From: a virus
DNA length: 64,000 nucleotides
IMG/VR virus record: IMGVR_UViG_3300042527_000802
Location: 53,481-117,480 of that record
Strand: one strand, 5' to 3'
A model generated the notes under the pieces. It was not told where the DNA came from, made no database searches, and was given only the letters and a program-made list of their open reading frames with translations. Below are positions 1-7,839 of the stretch, piece by piece (the first letter of the stretch is position 1; each line of letters begins with the position of its first letter). The translations under genes were made by a program, and so were the position numbers.

Positions 1-3000
1 TATCCAAATACTGATTCTTCTTTAAAGTTTTTAAATCCAGGAGAATCTTATTATTTTATTACAAAATCTGAAGCAAATTATCCTATAAAACTTCCAGTTA
101 TTGTTCATAGTAGATCAAAATATATTTCTGATAATATCAAAAATGAATTAACTAAAATAGGTGTTGTTGGTTCCAATCTAGAGGCATTATTAAAAAATGC
201 TCATATATCATATAGTGTTGCTATAGATGTATTACAAAAAGATATAGCTATATATGAAAAATCATCAGTTGATATTAAAACAATATTATTAGCTAAATCA
301 TTATTAGAACAATTAAAAGAAGAATATCTAAAATTTGGATCTGATTGTATATCTTTAGTACAAATGCAAAATGGATCATATGAATGGAATATAGATAATA
401 TTAGTATAAAGATTTTTGATTCAGAATACACCGTATCTGTTTTAGACAATAAAAACAATATAGTATACATTAATGATGATAAAAAACTAGTTGTTCCATT
501 GAACATACAAATTGGCAATCTTCCAACAAATAAAACATTTAGTTATGATTTTAAACTAGTTGGTGGCTCAGAGACATGTGATTCTATAGTGCCAAATAGC
601 GGATACTTTACAACAATCAAAGATACTTATAATTTAAATACCATATTTCAATTTTGTAAAAATATTGACCACGATAACACAGATATTAGTTATGCCCAGA
701 TGGACCTTACTATTGCTCCAGTTAATAATGATATTATTGGAAATACTGCAAACTATAAGAATTTAGCAAAATGGGGCGATAGTGATAAAGGTGGTCTTAC
801 AACAGTAGGATCTAATGGCCGAGCAAATTATTATGGTTTATATGATATTAGTGGACAACTATATGAATGGCTAGAAAACAGCGACATAAATAATCCTAAT
901 CTAAGAATAGTTAGAGGTGGATGCTACTTAGATACTAATTCTTATAGCCTAAGTAAAAATAATAGAAAAGCATTTTACTTTAATAGCACACTAAAAGAAG
1001 GTATTTTTGGTTTCAGAATTGCTAGTAAAAATAATTTATTAAATCTAAGCGGATTTAGTGAGATAGCGCTGTTAGTTAATCCAAACGACGATTGTTTGAT
1101 TTCGAATTATGGTAGAGTTATGTACAAATATTATATATCTACTAATCTAGTAACTAATCAAGAATATATTAATTATCTAAATATTGTTGATCCACAAGGT
1201 CACAATACACATAAGATATATGATTCAAAAATGTCATCTAGTAGTATTGGAGGTATAGAACTCAAATTGTGCAATGATATTGGCAATAAATATGTGGTTA
1301 AAAATAATATGGGCAATAAACCAGTAACCTTTATTACATGGTTAATGGTAGCAAAATATTGCAACTGGCTACATAATGATAGATATGCTAATGCTGATTT
1401 ATATGATGGAGCATACAATCTATCCAATGCGCAAATATCAAGATCAAATGATGCCAAGTATTTTATACCAAATGAAAACGAATGGTACAAAGCCGCGTAT
1501 TATGATCTTACAAAAGATAATAATGTTGGCGGGTATTGGACATATGGAACCGCATCAGATGATGAGCCGAAAGCTATTTTAGCTAATGATACTGGAAATG
1601 CCATTAATGTTGAAGGATATTTTGACAGTAGAAAAATAGTATCTATTATGTTACAAAGAGACAATACAAAATCATTTATCACAATACCCAAAGAATGTTG
1701 CGAAATTTCTAGCCTATATGCTACTAGAAGCACTAGCGAATTAAACAATACATATATAATCACAGCAGATTTAATCAATTTAATACCAAATCAAAAATAT
1801 GAATATAATTTTAGTTCTATGTTTTCTAATTGGCCCGCTAATATAGAACAAATATCCGGAATAATATACCCACAGTCTACAACACATCAAATTAACAATA
1901 TTTTAAAGTTTTGCCCTAAATATTTAAATAATAGTAATATTGATTGTGATTATAATTTATCTTTTAATGCATTAAATAATGCCCCATATTTAGATCATAT
2001 TAATAATAATGCAAATATAAATCTTGAATTAATAGTAAAGCATACAGGATGTCTAGACAGCAGAAAGAGTACCAGCATATCAACAACTGTATCAGACGAA
2101 GCTGGAATACCATCTATTAAATATAATGATTTTATTATTCCAAAAATTTTAACATCAATAATAAGTCCAAATACTATATCTTTAGAAGGCCCATTATGTT
2201 CTGAACCAATACCTATTATTGTAGAAGTAACTAATGCCACACCAGGTTCTGAATATACTTTTACATTTAGCAACTCTAATAATAGCGTTATTGTTTATCC
2301 AAATATTATTACTAAATCTTTCGGAAGCAATATTGGGAAAGTTACAACACTAGTATATCTAAATAATGTATCATACAATATACTTTCTGTTGATGTTTCA
2401 AAAAATGGATTACCATATACTGTTGGAGATAAAATCAGCATTAAATGTTTGCAAGAGTGCGTGACTGTATCACCAACTCCAACTCCTAGTATATCGCCCA
2501 CTTCGGTTACTAGGACTCCAACTAGAACCCCAACTCCTACTCCAACTATTACAACCAGTGTTACAGTAACTCCTACTGTTAGCTTGAGTGTAAGTTCAAC
2601 GCTTACTCCAACGCCAAGCATAACAACAAGTATAACCCCCACATGTTCTATAACACAATCTATAACACCAACAATTACAAGGACACCAACTGTTACTCCA
2701 ACAATATGCCAGTTCTCCAATTGCGATACTGGATATGTTGTTGATCCAGAATCATGTGCTTGCGTTCCAGAGCCTACTAGTACAATTGTTCCTAGTCCAA
2801 CACCACCAAAAGTTCCGTGTGAACCTTCATCAGATCCAGTAGTATTAAATGGATATGCCTTTTATAAAGACGCTATGGGATCAGAAACAATTCCAGGAGT
2901 TGGTTCTGTTAGTTCGCCATGTGCTGGAGGTCATATATGCAACCGCACAGACTTTATGCCTAAATTAGTGACTAGTGGAGGTACTATATTGTCTAGCAAT

Positions 3001-3276
3001 GCTATTTCCATGAATAATGGATCAACTGGTGGCGATGTATCTGATACATTCTCATTTACGATTAATGATCCAACAGTATTTAATAATCAAGTAGACATAA
3101 CCTTAGAATGCTTAACCAGTGGCGGTTGTCACAATGGAGTAACATGGGTAATACTAACTTGGACTGATCCAGTAACAAGCTCATCCTATATAGTATTTAA
3201 TGACTGCGTTGTACCTGGATCATTAGATGGTATCTCTATAGAATGCAGTGACTATACTGATTATACCGAGGAATAA
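1..3276 (+). CDS. 5'-truncated modular Cys-rich protein: three Ig-like beta repeats, a circularly permuted FGE-sulfatase/C-type-lectin domain (~739-1602), Thr/Pro linker, Cys-rich C-terminal domain; probable virion adhesin
   Basis: Frame 1 has no stop from base 1 to the ORF-track ATG at 364, so the gene starts before the window. Motifs YGLYDISGQLYEW, RGG, GFRIAS, KPVTFITW, CNWLHN, PNENEWYKAAYY; TPT repeats at 2470-2700. Confidence 0.75.
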   Translation, partial: YPNTDSSLKFLNPGESYYFITKSEANYPIKLPVIVHSRSKYISDNIKNELTKIGVVGSNLEALLKNAHISYSVAIDVLQKDIAIYEKSSVDIKTILLAKSLLEQLKEEYLKFGSDCISLVQMQNGSYEWNIDNISIKIFDSEYTVSVLDNKNNIVYINDDKKLVVPLNIQIGNLPTNKTFSYDFKLVGGSETCDSIVPNSGYFTTIKDTYNLNTIFQFCKNIDHDNTDISYAQMDLTIAPVNNDIIGNTANYKNLAKWGDSDKGGLTTVGSNGRANYYGLYDISGQLYEWLENSDINNPNLRIVRGGCYLDTNSYSLSKNNRKAFYFNSTLKEGIFGFRIASKNNLLNLSGFSEIALLVNPNDDCLISNYGRVMYKYYISTNLVTNQEYINYLNIVDPQGHNTHKIYDSKMSSSSIGGIELKLCNDIGNKYVVKNNMGNKPVTFITWLMVAKYCNWLHNDRYANADLYDGAYNLSNAQISRSNDAKYFIPNENEWYKAAYYDLTKDNNVGGYWTYGTASDDEPKAILANDTGNAINVEGYFDSRKIVSIMLQRDNTKSFITIPKECCEISSLYATRSTSELNNTYIITADLINLIPNQKYEYNFSSMFSNWPANIEQISGIIYPQSTTHQINNILKFCPKYLNNSNIDCDYNLSFNALNNAPYLDHINNNANINLELIVKHTGCLDSRKSTSISTTVSDEAGIPSIKYNDFIIPKILTSIISPNTISLEGPLCSEPIPIIVEVTNATPGSEYTFTFSNSNNSVIVYPNIITKSFGSNIGKVTTLVYLNNVSYNILSVDVSKNGLPYTVGDKISIKCLQECVTVSPTPTPSISPTSVTRTPTRTPTPTPTITTSVTVTPTVSLSVSSTLTPTPSITTSITPTCSITQSITPTITRTPTVTPTICQFSNCDTGYVVDPESCACVPEPTSTIVPSPTPPKVPCEPSSDPVVLNGYAFYKDAMGSETIPGVGSVSSPCAGGHICNRTDFMPKLVTSGGTILSSNAISMNNGSTGGDVSDTFSFTINDPTVFNNQVDITLECLTSGGCHNGVTWVILTWTDPVTSSSYIVFNDCVVPGSLDGISIECSDYTDYTEE

Positions 3277-3293
3277 ATAATCAATAAATCAAA

Positions 3294-3304
3294 TGGTGTA
3301 TAAT
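3294..3304 (+). promoter_or_regulatory. TGGTGTA-TAAT intergenic motif, putative phage promoter
   Basis: TGGTGTATAAT in the gap before the 3331 ATG; the same core recurs in four other intergenic gaps. Confidence 0.5.
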
Positions 3305-3330
3305 TTTATATCTTTAACCAAGGGAATATT

Positions 3331-4707
3331 ATGGCTAATGAAATATTAACTATTGATTCATTAAAAGATATAAATACAATCAATATTATATGCTCTACAC
3401 AACAAAATGGCCAATCTTCAATTAGACTTGTAAGAGATAATTATCCTGGTAATTTAACTATAGAAGAGATACAATCAAAATTTATAGATAGATTTGACGA
3501 AATAAGATACTATACTGTTTGCAGTGGTTTTGCTCCGCCAAATATATTGATTACGCCAACTCCAACAAGAACCCCAACAAGAACACCCACTGGCACTCCA
3601 GTAGCGCCAACTCCTACTCCAACAATAAGTATTACTCCAACCATTAGTTTGACCCCAACTAGGACATCTACTATTACTCCAACTCCAACTGTTACTAGTA
3701 CCAATACTCCAACTCCAAGTATCACACCATCTACCAATGCTAGTACTTCAACACCAACACCATCAATAACTTCAACAGCCACGCCAACACCATCTATAAC
3801 TCCAACAAAGACAATAACTCCAACGCCCACAACATCTTATGGAGCATTACAACCTTTAACCAGTAATACTGCTAATTTCAATAATTGTGCTGATTGGAAT
3901 TCTTTAGATGGTAATGTAACAACAGTTGGTACAAATGGAATAGCATCACCATACGGTATATATGATTTGAATGGTAATGTTTGGGAGTGGACAGAAGCGA
4001 TAGTATCTAGCAATAGAGTATTAAGAGGTGGAGCATACTCAACTCCAGATACCCTCTTCTTATCTTCTTCATATAGAGGAAATAATGATCCTAATACAAC
4101 ATTAGCTAGATATGGTTTTAGAGTTGCTAGTATTGACGATCCAAATAATTTAAATACATTTAGCGATATTGCAGATATTAATAATAATGCCGATCTTAAC
4201 GGTTATGGCTCAGTGTCTTACGAATATAAAATGTCTACTAATTTAATTACAAATAATGACTATGTTGAATTTTTAAATAGCATAGCATCAACAGATGCAT
4301 ATTCAGTATTTGCAAATGAAATGGATAGCGACCCAAGATCGGGCATATCCAGAGCAGGATCTGGTAACTATACATATTCTATTAGATCCAATATGGGTAA
4401 TAAGCCCGTTAATTTAGTTAATTGGTATAATGCAGCCAGATATTGCAATTGGCTTCATAATGGCAAGCCATCAGGTGTACAAGATAATAATACTACAGAA
4501 AATGGCGCATATCAATTGATCGGAAGTAGCGGATCTCCTACTAGAGATTTTGGGGCAAAATATTTCTTGCCAAGCGAAAACGAGTGGTACAAAGCGGCAT
4601 TCTATAAGAGCATAGGCAGTTCAGCAGGATACTGGGCATACGCCACACGATCAGATTCTGCACCAAATTGTATTTCAGCAACCTCCACAGGAAATGGAAC
4701 ATTATAA
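3331..4707 (+). CDS. ~65-aa N-terminal domain + Thr/Pro linker + circularly permuted FGE-sulfatase/CLec domain
   Basis: YGIYDLNGNVWEW, RVLRGG and GFRVAS precede YGSVSYEY, YVEFLN, AARYCNWLHNG and LPSENEWYKAAFY. Confidence 0.85.
   Translation: MANEILTIDSLKDINTINIICSTQQNGQSSIRLVRDNYPGNLTIEEIQSKFIDRFDEIRYYTVCSGFAPPNILITPTPTRTPTRTPTGTPVAPTPTPTISITPTISLTPTRTSTITPTPTVTSTNTPTPSITPSTNASTSTPTPSITSTATPTPSITPTKTITPTPTTSYGALQPLTSNTANFNNCADWNSLDGNVTTVGTNGIASPYGIYDLNGNVWEWTEAIVSSNRVLRGGAYSTPDTLFLSSSYRGNNDPNTTLARYGFRVASIDDPNNLNTFSDIADINNNADLNGYGSVSYEYKMSTNLITNNDYVEFLNSIASTDAYSVFANEMDSDPRSGISRAGSGNYTYSIRSNMGNKPVNLVNWYNAARYCNWLHNGKPSGVQDNNTTENGAYQLIGSSGSPTRDFGAKYFLPSENEWYKAAFYKSIGSSAGYWAYATRSDSAPNCISATSTGNGTL
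3550..3835 (+). repeat. Degenerate coding repeat for a (T-P-T-x) mucin-like linker
   Basis: Repeated actcca/ccaaca units; translation TPTPTRTPTRTPT. Confidence 0.8.
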
Positions 4708-4955
4708 TGAGCGCAAATTTTACTTTAATTTCAGAAATAACACTAAATAATTATATTGCAAAAATTTATAGATTTGATACAACGGCTTCGTATGTTGACC
4801 AATCCACAATAGATGCTGCTACCCCAAACCTCAATGCTCAACAATATCCAAGTGAAATAGTTGAATTATTGCAGGTTTTATTAGGAGTATCTAAAATAGA
4901 AATTTATAACAAATCAAATGGTTTGTTAATTAGTAGTGGCGTTCTTGTAGAATAA
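4707..4955 (+). CDS. Hypothetical protein (82 aa)
   Basis: TAATG overlap with the upstream stop makes the ATG at 4707 the likely start. Confidence 0.65.
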   Translation: MSANFTLISEITLNNYIAKIYRFDTTASYVDQSTIDAATPNLNAQQYPSEIVELLQVLLGVSKIEIYNKSNGLLISSGVLVE

Positions 4956-4966
4956 AGGGCACAAAT

Positions 4967-5167
4967 ATGGCAACAGATATTATAGCAATAGACACAGATA
5001 AAGATACCAATACAATAAGTATAACTTGTTCAACATCCCTCACAGGATACTCTGCTAAAAGAACCACACTAGCAGATGCTCCAGTTGACCAACAAATACA
5101 AAACATAGAATCTAAGTTTGATGATAAATTTGATGATCCAGTATATTATTTTGACGATTGTCAATAA
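4967..5167 (+). CDS. Small protein paralogous to the N-terminal domain of 3331-4707
   Basis: MATDIIAIDTDKDTNTISITCST...IESKFDDKFDDPVYY aligns without gaps to MANEILTIDSLKDINTINIICST...IQSKFIDRFDEIRYY. Confidence 0.8.
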   Translation: MATDIIAIDTDKDTNTISITCSTSLTGYSAKRTTLADAPVDQQIQNIESKFDDKFDDPVYYFDDCQ

Positions 5168-5179
5168 TAGGAATATAAT

Positions 5180-5536
5180 ATGATTAAGCCTGCGTATAGA
5201 ACTAGTGAATTTTGGTTTACATTAGTTAGCTTTTTATTTAGTGGATTATATTTGATTGGATTATTTGGAGAGGACGCCCAACAAAAAGAAGATCTTATTA
5301 GAGATGTAAGCCATGGCGTTGAAAGTGTTATATTAATTAGTGGACAAATAGCAATATTATGGAAATATGTTAATAGTAGAAAAGAAATTAAAAAAACTTG
5401 GTGGAGTACGGCATCAGAACAAGAAAGACTAGAAGCATCCAAAAGGTTTCACAAAACTAAACCGCCAAGCACAGAAACAACTCAGATCAAACCCAAAACA
5501 GCCAAGAAAAAAGCTAAGCCAAAACCAAAAAAGTAA
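5180..5536 (+). CDS. Holin-like small membrane protein
   Basis: KPAYRTSEFW N-terminus, two hydrophobic segments, very basic C-terminal tail. Confidence 0.55.
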   Translation: MIKPAYRTSEFWFTLVSFLFSGLYLIGLFGEDAQQKEDLIRDVSHGVESVILISGQIAILWKYVNSRKEIKKTWWSTASEQERLEASKRFHKTKPPSTETTQIKPKTAKKKAKPKPKK

Positions 5537-5544
5537 TCAATTTT

Positions 5545-5551
5545 TGGTGTA
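5545..5551 (+). promoter_or_regulatory. TGGTGTA intergenic motif
   Basis: TGGTGTATTACATT in the gap before 5575. Confidence 0.45.
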
Positions 5552-5574
5552 TTACATTAATGAAAGGACAGGAT

Positions 5575-6024
5575 ATGTCAGACAATATACAAATATTAAA
5601 TGCTGTCAAATTAGAATTAGATAAATTAGTGGATCAATCTAAACAGTCTTTAAATGAAGTTAAAGCAGTGGCTGTTGCACAAGCATGGAAGATTCTACAG
5701 CTCGCCGTAGCATTATCTGTACAATTGTTAGAAAATATAGCAATTGATCTTAGTGGACCAGATAAAAAAATAATTGCTATGAATGCGATCTCAACATTCT
5801 ATGATAAGATGTTTACTGTGATAGATATTCCATTGGTTCCAAACATTCTAGAGCCAATCATGCACAAGTATATGAAAGCCTTTTTGATGGCTTTGGTTGG
5901 CGCTAGTATTGATGCTACAGTAACAACATTTAGACAAGTTGGTGTTTTCAAAAGCAAAGATGTTCAAGTTCAATCAGTTATTAAAAAAGTAAAAGCTAAA
6001 AAATCCACAAAGAAGAGGAAATAA
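5575..6024 (+). CDS. Hypothetical helical protein
   Basis: Open frame with AGGA ribosome-binding site before the ATG at 5575; basic C-terminus. Confidence 0.7.
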   Translation: MSDNIQILNAVKLELDKLVDQSKQSLNEVKAVAVAQAWKILQLAVALSVQLLENIAIDLSGPDKKIIAMNAISTFYDKMFTVIDIPLVPNILEPIMHKYMKAFLMALVGASIDATVTTFRQVGVFKSKDVQVQSVIKKVKAKKSTKKRK

Positions 6025-6025
6025 G

Positions 6026-6412
6026 ATGAATTATACAGAGTCATTTAATGAATTTGCTAGCAGAGTCACAACATTAGATTTAGCATTATATGCTGGCGTA
6101 GGATTAGTATTATGGGTTTTATTCAAGGATAGAATGAGTCCAGTACAAAAATTTGTATCTGACTTAGTGTCAAAAATTAAGTCTCCACAAGGAGGCTCTC
6201 AACTACCAGCATTGCCAACAATTAATGTTCCAGTTAAATCAGACAATAAGAATGAAGATGTGTTCTTCAAACTTATAGCTTCATGGAAACAAACTAGGGA
6301 CTTGGCAGTACAGAGCAACTGCTCAGAGGCTATTAAGGTTATTGATCAGATATTCCCGTATCTAAGTCCCAATGCTTGTGTTCCACCATCAGTATCTGTA
6401 GATCAAAAATAA
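6026..6412 (+). CDS. Single-pass membrane protein
   Basis: Hydrophobic LALYAGVGLVLWVLF segment. Confidence 0.7.
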   Translation: MNYTESFNEFASRVTTLDLALYAGVGLVLWVLFKDRMSPVQKFVSDLVSKIKSPQGGSQLPALPTINVPVKSDNKNEDVFFKLIASWKQTRDLAVQSNCSEAIKVIDQIFPYLSPNACVPPSVSVDQK

Positions 6413-6424
6413 AAGGATATACTT

Positions 6425-6904
6425 ATGAATAAGATAGTATTATTAACTATAGCAGCACTATTAATTTTAATAGGATTAGTTCAACCAGATTTTTCATCAT
6501 TATTTCCTCAAAAGTCAAATAATGTTGTGGTATCTTTAGAAGCTCCTGATGATGAGGATGTTCTTAAAGAATGTAAAGATGTTGCAAAAATTCTAAGCTC
6601 TGGTGATAAAAAAGACGCTGCAAGATTAAGAGACTTATATATAGATATATCTGATCTTATAGCATTAGATGGTGATCAAACTGTAATTAAAAATACAGAA
6701 GATATTCGTCAAGCAAATAGTTTAGCTGGAGTAATGTTAAAATTAGATATTAAAGATAAATATGCAGATTTGGGTAAAGAGGCACAACAGGTTATCGTTT
6801 CTGTTATAGGTGACGATAGTGTTTTATTATCTCCAGAATTAAGAACACAAGCATCTCAATCATTTAGATATTTAGCTTGGGCATGCAATGAGGGGGCCAA
6901 ATAA
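6425..6904 (+). CDS. Signal-anchored helical protein
   Basis: N-terminal MNKIVLLTIAALLILIGLV; TAATG overlap with the peptidase gene. Confidence 0.75.
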   Translation: MNKIVLLTIAALLILIGLVQPDFSSLFPQKSNNVVVSLEAPDDEDVLKECKDVAKILSSGDKKDAARLRDLYIDISDLIALDGDQTVIKNTEDIRQANSLAGVMLKLDIKDKYADLGKEAQQVIVSVIGDDSVLLSPELRTQASQSFRYLAWACNEGAK

Positions 6905-7827
6905 TGCCACGATTTACACCAGACGAGTTATATAATAATTATAGAAAAGGATTTAGTGGCTGTTTATGGGAGCAGCATGTGTTTGATCATTTAATGGAAG
7001 TTAGTAAATACCCATTATTTGGCGATGCTAATAAAAAAATTAAAACTAGTGGCAAGGGCAAGTTATCAACTCCATACAAGAGCGTATTGAAGTTTGATAA
7101 GAATCCTTATAATGAAAGACAAACTACCGGAGATTGTGTCAGTCATGCAACACGAAATGCTTGTGATGTTAGTCGAGCAGTAGAAATAGATGTACATAAT
7201 GATAGAGAAGCTTGGATAGCAAGAGGAGCAACAGAAGCAATCTATGGAGCACGAGGTCATGGTGGACAAGGAATGAGTTGCTCACGAGCTGCTGAATTTG
7301 TTAGCAAGAATGGCGGTATAGTAATAAGAAAAAACTATAAGGGCGTAGTTGACTTTACTAAATATAATGGAAATCTAGGAGCTGGTTGGGGTGGACGAGG
7401 TTTACCTGATCCTGTTATTGATTTAGCTAATGATCATCAAATTAAAACTGTTAGTTTAGTAAGAACCATAGAAGAAGCGAGAGACGCTCTTGCAAATGGT
7501 TATGGATTATCAGTATGTTCGAATTATGGATTTAGTAATAAAAGAGATAAAAAGGGTATTGCTAACGTTAGTGGTAATTGGGCCCACGCTATGGCCTGGA
7601 TAGCCTGTGACGATACTGGAAATGAGCCATTATTCTTAGTTCAAAATAGTTGGGGCAAATGGAATGATGGTGGACATCCAGAATGGGGAAATATTCCAGA
7701 CGGTTCATTTCTTATCAGAGCCGAAGTTGCTGCTGGAATGTTGGCGGCTAATGGTAGTTATGCTTTCAGTAATTTTGATGGGTTCCCTGTGCAAAAATTA
7801 CCGGACTATGGTTTTACTTACCTATAA
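6904..7827 (+). CDS. Papain-like (C1-type) cysteine peptidase
   Basis: QTTGDCVSHA (oxyanion Gln, catalytic Cys), WAHAM (His), VQNSWG (Asn). Confidence 0.85.
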   Translation: MPRFTPDELYNNYRKGFSGCLWEQHVFDHLMEVSKYPLFGDANKKIKTSGKGKLSTPYKSVLKFDKNPYNERQTTGDCVSHATRNACDVSRAVEIDVHNDREAWIARGATEAIYGARGHGGQGMSCSRAAEFVSKNGGIVIRKNYKGVVDFTKYNGNLGAGWGGRGLPDPVIDLANDHQIKTVSLVRTIEEARDALANGYGLSVCSNYGFSNKRDKKGIANVSGNWAHAMAWIACDDTGNEPLFLVQNSWGKWNDGGHPEWGNIPDGSFLIRAEVAAGMLAANGSYAFSNFDGFPVQKLPDYGFTYL

Positions 7828-7839
7828 GAGATTTTTTAA

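Noticed and set aside
2295-3830. Val/Gly-rich ORFs antisense to Thr/Pro linkers (also 55668-56147 and 58170-58352)
   Set aside because: They are reverse-complement shadows of ACN-CCN codon repeats inside real genes
739-4704. Active formylglycine-generating enzymes (sulfatase maturation)
   Set aside because: The catalytic Cys pair after RGG is absent and there is no sulfatase gene
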